Below are positions 60,331 through 64,000 of a stretch of DNA of 64,000 nucleotides, piece by piece. The DNA is from Bacteroidota bacterium (GTDB lineage Bacteria; Bacteroidota; Bacteroidia; Bacteroidales; FEN-979): positions 1,703 through 65,702 of the forward strand of contig VGGL01000002.1 of assembly GCA_016868575.1 (NCBI GenBank), given 5' to 3'. A program made the position numbers and the translations under genes. The stretch's first letter is position 1. Each line of letters starts with the position of its first letter. The notes beneath the pieces are model-generated. The model searched no databases and was not told the DNA's origin. It saw only the letters and a program-made list of their open reading frames with translations.

Positions 60331-60834
60331 TTATTTCTTCCTGTATAACAGGTGCTCGCTGATCAAAATCAGGATCATGGTGAATACGATGCTCAGGACA
60401 GCCCGGAAAAATGTCTGAAAGAATTCACTAAACCGGAAAATCTCAATATAGAAAAGCAGCAAGTGGTGAATGGTAATCAGGATCAGGGAATAGGTGATAA
60501 ACCACCGCAGTCCGTTGATAACGATCGAAGGCCTTGCCCTGGGATCAAACTCCTCAGCCGGAGAGATCCGCTTGATCAGGTATGGTCGAATGAACGCAAC
60601 GGCAAGCGATGCGGCTGCATGCATGCCGGGTGTATTTGAGAAAATGTCCACGCCCAATCCCAGGAAGAATGCCAGAATCAGCAACAACCAGCGGGGTGTG
60701 GCAAAGGGCAGCATCAGCAGAAAATAAATGTAGAGATACGGGTTGATGTATCCCAGAAAATGAATCCTGTTGAGGATCAGCACCTGAAGTAAGATCAGGA
60801 ATACGAACCGGACGGTATTTTTCAGTATCAGCAC
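60331..60834 (-). CDS. mreD: Rod shape-determining protein MreD
   Basis: 167-aa polytopic membrane protein directly downstream of mreC. Confidence 0.85.
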   Translation of the reverse strand: MLILKNTVRFVFLILLQVLILNRIHFLGYINPYLYIYFLLMLPFATPRWLLLILAFFLGLGVDIFSNTPGMHAAASLAVAFIRPYLIKRISPAEEFDPRARPSIVINGLRWFITYSLILITIHHLLLFYIEIFRFSEFFQTFFRAVLSIVFTMILILISEHLLYRKK

Positions 60835-60846
60835 GTATTTCCAGGT

Positions 60847-61683
60847 TTATTTTTCTCCGGGTAATTTCTGGTTCATCAGGTTTTCCTTCTCTTCCCGCAT
60901 CAGGTCAATGACAACCTGTACATAAGCCAATCTATTGTAATCAATCGTGAACATCAACGTGGCTGAATTGAAATTCTCCGCTTTGTTGTCAACGAAATCG
61001 GATATCTGCCCGATGATGATCCCGCCGGGGAAGATGTTCGAATTCCCGCTAGTCACAATGGTATCACCGGCTTTCACCTGTACATGTTTGGGGATCTCCC
61101 TCACCTCTCCTTTCCGGTAGCTCCCTCCTGTCCATTCAACATTCACCAACTGATTGTTTTTCTGAAACTTGGCGGAAATTTTACTGTCTTTATGCAGCAC
61201 CGACATCACCCAGGAAAAATTATCAGAGACGGCGATCACCTGGCCGACGATGGCCTGTTCGGCAATGACGGCCATGTGATTCCGGATGCCTTGCTTGGAG
61301 CCCTTATTCAGCAGCAGGTAATTATCTCTGAAACTCGTGGTATTGCTAATTACTTCAGCATTAATGTATTGATAATGGAGCCGGTAGAGGGTATCATTCA
61401 GGACAAATTGCTTCGAATCGGACTTCAGGAATGCAGGGTGGATATGCTCCCGAAGCCAGGCATTTTCGATAGCCAGTTTTTCATTGGCATCCTTGAGATA
61501 AATGTAGGAGGTGAAATAATGATAGGATTTCAGGACTGCTCCGGAGAATTTTCCGGTCACATTCACAAAGACGGTTTGCTGGTATCTGTTGTGTGCAAAT
61601 ATCAAATACAGGGAAAGGATTTCCAGAAGCAGGAAGAGAAAGAAGAAGTTGTGCTTCCAGATAAAAGCAAACAGGTTTCGCAT
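60847..61683 (-). CDS. mreC: Rod shape-determining protein MreC
   Basis: N-terminal TM, coiled coil, and beta domains with GDTIVTSG and FPGGIIIGQI motifs. Confidence 0.9.
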   Translation of the reverse strand: MRNLFAFIWKHNFFFLFLLLEILSLYLIFAHNRYQQTVFVNVTGKFSGAVLKSYHYFTSYIYLKDANEKLAIENAWLREHIHPAFLKSDSKQFVLNDTLYRLHYQYINAEVISNTTSFRDNYLLLNKGSKQGIRNHMAVIAEQAIVGQVIAVSDNFSWVMSVLHKDSKISAKFQKNNQLVNVEWTGGSYRKGEVREIPKHVQVKAGDTIVTSGNSNIFPGGIIIGQISDFVDNKAENFNSATLMFTIDYNRLAYVQVVIDLMREEKENLMNQKLPGEK

Positions 61684-61691
61684 GGATGCGA

Positions 61692-62705
61692 TTACTTGAT
61701 GAGGAAAGTGAACTTATCGTAGTTCTTGAGGGCGATACCGGTTCCGCGGGCAACTGCACGCAGCGGATCTTCAGCCACGTGGACAGGCAGTTTGGTTTTC
61801 TGATGCAGCCGTTTGTCAAGCCCCCGGAGGAGGGATCCGCCTCCGGCCAGGTAGATGCCGGTTTTGTAGATGTCTGCTGACAGCTCCGGCGGGGTCATTT
61901 CAAGGGCGTTCAGGACCGCGGTTTCGATTTTGGAAATGGATTTGTCGAGTGCATGAGCAATTTCGGCATAATTGACCACGATCTCCTTGGGAACGCCGGT
62001 GAGCATATCCCTGCCATGAACCGGGTAGTCCTCAGGCGGGTTATCCAGTTCGGTAGTGGCTGCTCCCACTTCGATCTTTATTTTCTCCGCAGTCCGTTCC
62101 CCGACATGGATATTGTGTTGCTTCCGCATGTATTCTTCGATGTCGGAGTTGAAGTCATCACCTGCCACGCGGATTGACTTGTTGTTAACGATACCTCCCA
62201 GTGCAATAACAGCAATTTCACTCGTTCCGCCACCAATGTCAATCACCATATTGCCCACAGGTTCAAGCACATCGATACCAATACCAATGGCCGCAGCCAT
62301 GGGTTCATGGATCAGCCGCACTTCCTTGGCACCGGCTTGTTCGGCACTGTCTTTTACCGCCCGTTCCTCAACTTCCGTGATACCCGAGGGGATGCAGATC
62401 ACCATCCTGAGTGCAGGAGGGAAGAGCGAACGCCGGAATTCGATCATCTTGATCATCTCCCGGATCATGTATTCAGCCGCATGAAAATCGGCAATCACTC
62501 CGCTGCGCAAAGGACGGATCGTCTTGATGTTTTCGTGGGTTTTTCCATGCATCATCTGGGCTTTCTTGCCAACGGCAATGATCTTGCCCGTGTTTCGTTC
62601 AATGGCCACAATAGAAGGTTCGTCCACAACCACCATATCATTGAAAATGATGATGGTGTTGGCCGTTCCCAAATCGATGGCTATCTCTTTCGTGAAAAAT
62701 CCCAT
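61692..62705 (-). CDS. mreB: Rod shape-determining protein MreB (actin homologue)
   Basis: IAIDLGTANT, DIGGGT and LAGGGSLLRGLD motifs. Confidence 0.97.
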   Translation of the reverse strand: MGFFTKEIAIDLGTANTIIIFNDMVVVDEPSIVAIERNTGKIIAVGKKAQMMHGKTHENIKTIRPLRSGVIADFHAAEYMIREMIKMIEFRRSLFPPALRMVICIPSGITEVEERAVKDSAEQAGAKEVRLIHEPMAAAIGIGIDVLEPVGNMVIDIGGGTSEIAVIALGGIVNNKSIRVAGDDFNSDIEEYMRKQHNIHVGERTAEKIKIEVGAATTELDNPPEDYPVHGRDMLTGVPKEIVVNYAEIAHALDKSISKIETAVLNALEMTPPELSADIYKTGIYLAGGGSLLRGLDKRLHQKTKLPVHVAEDPLRAVARGTGIALKNYDKFTFLIK

Positions 62706-62714
62706 ATGCGCTGA

Positions 62715-64000
62715 TCAATGTTTAAAATGCCTGTACCCCGTGAACACCATTGCCATTTCATGTTCGTCGCAATAACGGATAGAGTCTTCATCTCTCACCG
62801 ATCCACCGGGCTGGATCACGGCGGTGATGCCTGCCTGATGGGCGATCTCAACACAATCGGCAAAGGGGAAGAATGCATCCGACGCCATTACTGCCCCGCG
62901 AAGGTCAAAGCCAAAAGATTGTGCTTTGGCAATGGCCTGTTTCAGGGCATCCACCCGCGAGGTTTGACCGGTTCCGCTGGCCAGCAACTGCCTGTTTTTT
63001 GCCAGAACAATGGCATTTGACTTGGTATGCTTGACCAACAAACCGGCAAACAACAAATCATCCACTTCGGCTTTGGAGGGCTGTTTGCGGGTAACCGCCT
63101 TCAGATCCTCCGGAGTCTCTTTTTTCAGGTCTTTTTCCTGCCAGAGTACCCCGCCAAGTGCTGATTTGTATTGAAATCCCGACGTCGGATATTTCTTCTT
63201 CTGCAAAATTATTCTATTTTTCTTTGCCTGAAGTACCTCAAGCGCTTTATTTTCATACCCTTCTGCCAAAATAATCTCAAAAAACAACTTGTTGATCTCT
63301 TCTGCGGTATCCGCATCAATGATCGAATTGGTAATAAGAACCCCGCCAAAGGCGGATACCGGATCCCCGGCAAGGGCATCTTTCCAGGCATCCGGCAACT
63401 TTGGACGGCAGGCAAACCCGCAGACATTGTTGTGCTTCAGGATGGCAAAGGCGGTTTCTTCAAATTCATTGATCAGGCCTATGGCAGCATCAAGGTCGAG
63501 CAGGTTGTTATAGGAAATCTCTTTCCCATGCAACCGGGTAAACACTTCATCAAGGTGTCCATAGAACACCCCTTTCTGATGGGGGTTTTCCCCATACCGG
63601 AGTGATTGGATCCCATCTGCAAACGCCCGGAATGAAGGGATTTGTAGCTCCTTATTGAAATAATTGAAGATCAGGCTGTCGTAGGCGGAGGAGACAGCAA
63701 AGGCAGCCGCAGCATAGCGCTTCCGGTCTTCCGGTGTGGTCTGTCCTCCCTTTTCATCCAGCAACCGGATAAAATCTGTATAATAGGCACTAGAAGGGAC
63801 AATGACAACATCGTTGAAATTCTTAGCCGCAGCGCGGATCAGCGAAATCCCGCCGATATCGATCATTTCAATGATCTCTTCTTCCACCGAGGTCTTTTCC
63901 AGTGTTTTTTCGAAGGGATAAAGATCGACGATCACCGCATCAATCCATGGTATCTCATAGCTTTTTACCTGCTCCTGGTCTCCGGTGTGCTCCCTGCGCG
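62715..64000 (-). CDS. purH: Bifunctional AICAR transformylase/IMP cyclohydrolase PurH, N-terminus off-window
   Basis: The frame is open to the window edge (...YEIPWIDAVIVDLYPFEKT). C-terminal GGSVRD...FTGYRHFKH. Confidence 0.93.
   Translation of the reverse strand, partial: RREHTGDQEQVKSYEIPWIDAVIVDLYPFEKTLEKTSVEEEIIEMIDIGGISLIRAAAKNFNDVVIVPSSAYYTDFIRLLDEKGGQTTPEDRKRYAAAAFAVSSAYDSLIFNYFNKELQIPSFRAFADGIQSLRYGENPHQKGVFYGHLDEVFTRLHGKEISYNNLLDLDAAIGLINEFEETAFAILKHNNVCGFACRPKLPDAWKDALAGDPVSAFGGVLITNSIIDADTAEEINKLFFEIILAEGYENKALEVLQAKKNRIILQKKKYPTSGFQYKSALGGVLWQEKDLKKETPEDLKAVTRKQPSKAEVDDLLFAGLLVKHTKSNAIVLAKNRQLLASGTGQTSRVDALKQAIAKAQSFGFDLRGAVMASDAFFPFADCVEIAHQAGITAVIQPGGSVRDEDSIRYCDEHEMAMVFTGYRHFKH

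Noticed and set aside
1-64000. CRISPR arrays, rRNA genes, prophage or integrative elements, intact IS elements, known defence systems other than hicBA
   Set aside because: I looked for regularly spaced 25-40-nt direct repeats, integrase/transposase/terminase-like translations and nuclease/helicase-rich islands. None was found. The only tandem repeats have 7-8-nt periods.

Overview
This 64-kb window is a chromosomal segment of a Bacteroidota-type genome. Three lines of evidence support that assignment. Three ORFs end in Por/T9SS C-terminal sorting domains. Exact TAnnTTTG -7 promoter boxes sit 11-60 nt upstream of many start codons and of all three tRNAs. Shine-Dalgarno sequences are almost absent.

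Gene content is mostly housekeeping:
- respiration and cofactors: nrfHA (cytochrome c nitrite reductase), hemW
- central and biosynthetic genes: pgk, ispG, purH (partial), folB, cysC, cutC
- translation and tRNA modification: gltX, glnS, tsaB, mnmG, ybeY
- cell shape and envelope: mreBCD, mlaEF, cvpA
- transport: trkA followed by three tandem trkH paralogues, and a TolC/HlyD pair
- a small surface-glycan locus: GT4, FkbM methyltransferase, manC, GT9, O-antigen ligase
- two sensor kinases, a hicBA toxin-antitoxin pair, and tRNA-Arg(CCU), tRNA-Val(CAC) and tRNA-Cys(GCA)

No CRISPR array, rRNA, prophage, integrase or intact IS element is visible.

The candidates most worth a second look are:
1. 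An Rrf2-regulated two-gene heme-copper-oxidase homologue. Subunit I lacks the helix-VI CuB histidine and tyrosine, with Asp residues in their place, and subunit II lacks all CuA Cys/His ligands. It looks like a gNOR-type putative NO reductase. Its operator half-sites recur in the nrfH promoter.
2. A G/C-rich palindromic element with strong G-quadruplex potential, present in three copies. One lies between nrfH and nrfA, one is in frame inside a methyltransferase CDS, and one sits between the promoter and the tRNA-Arg gene.
3. Two lineage-specific families of intergenic micro-repeats. One is heptamer arrays abutting stop codons. The other is long imperfect inverted repeats whose arms are built from tandem octamers, all in the same orientation.
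4. A giant T9SS protein carrying two animal-like C-type lectin domains with EPN/WND motifs, followed by a 77-aa miniprotein that is essentially only a sorting signal.
5. An exact 17-nt inverted repeat bracketing mnmG.

Every call comes from reading the sequence and the ORF translations. No database search was run.
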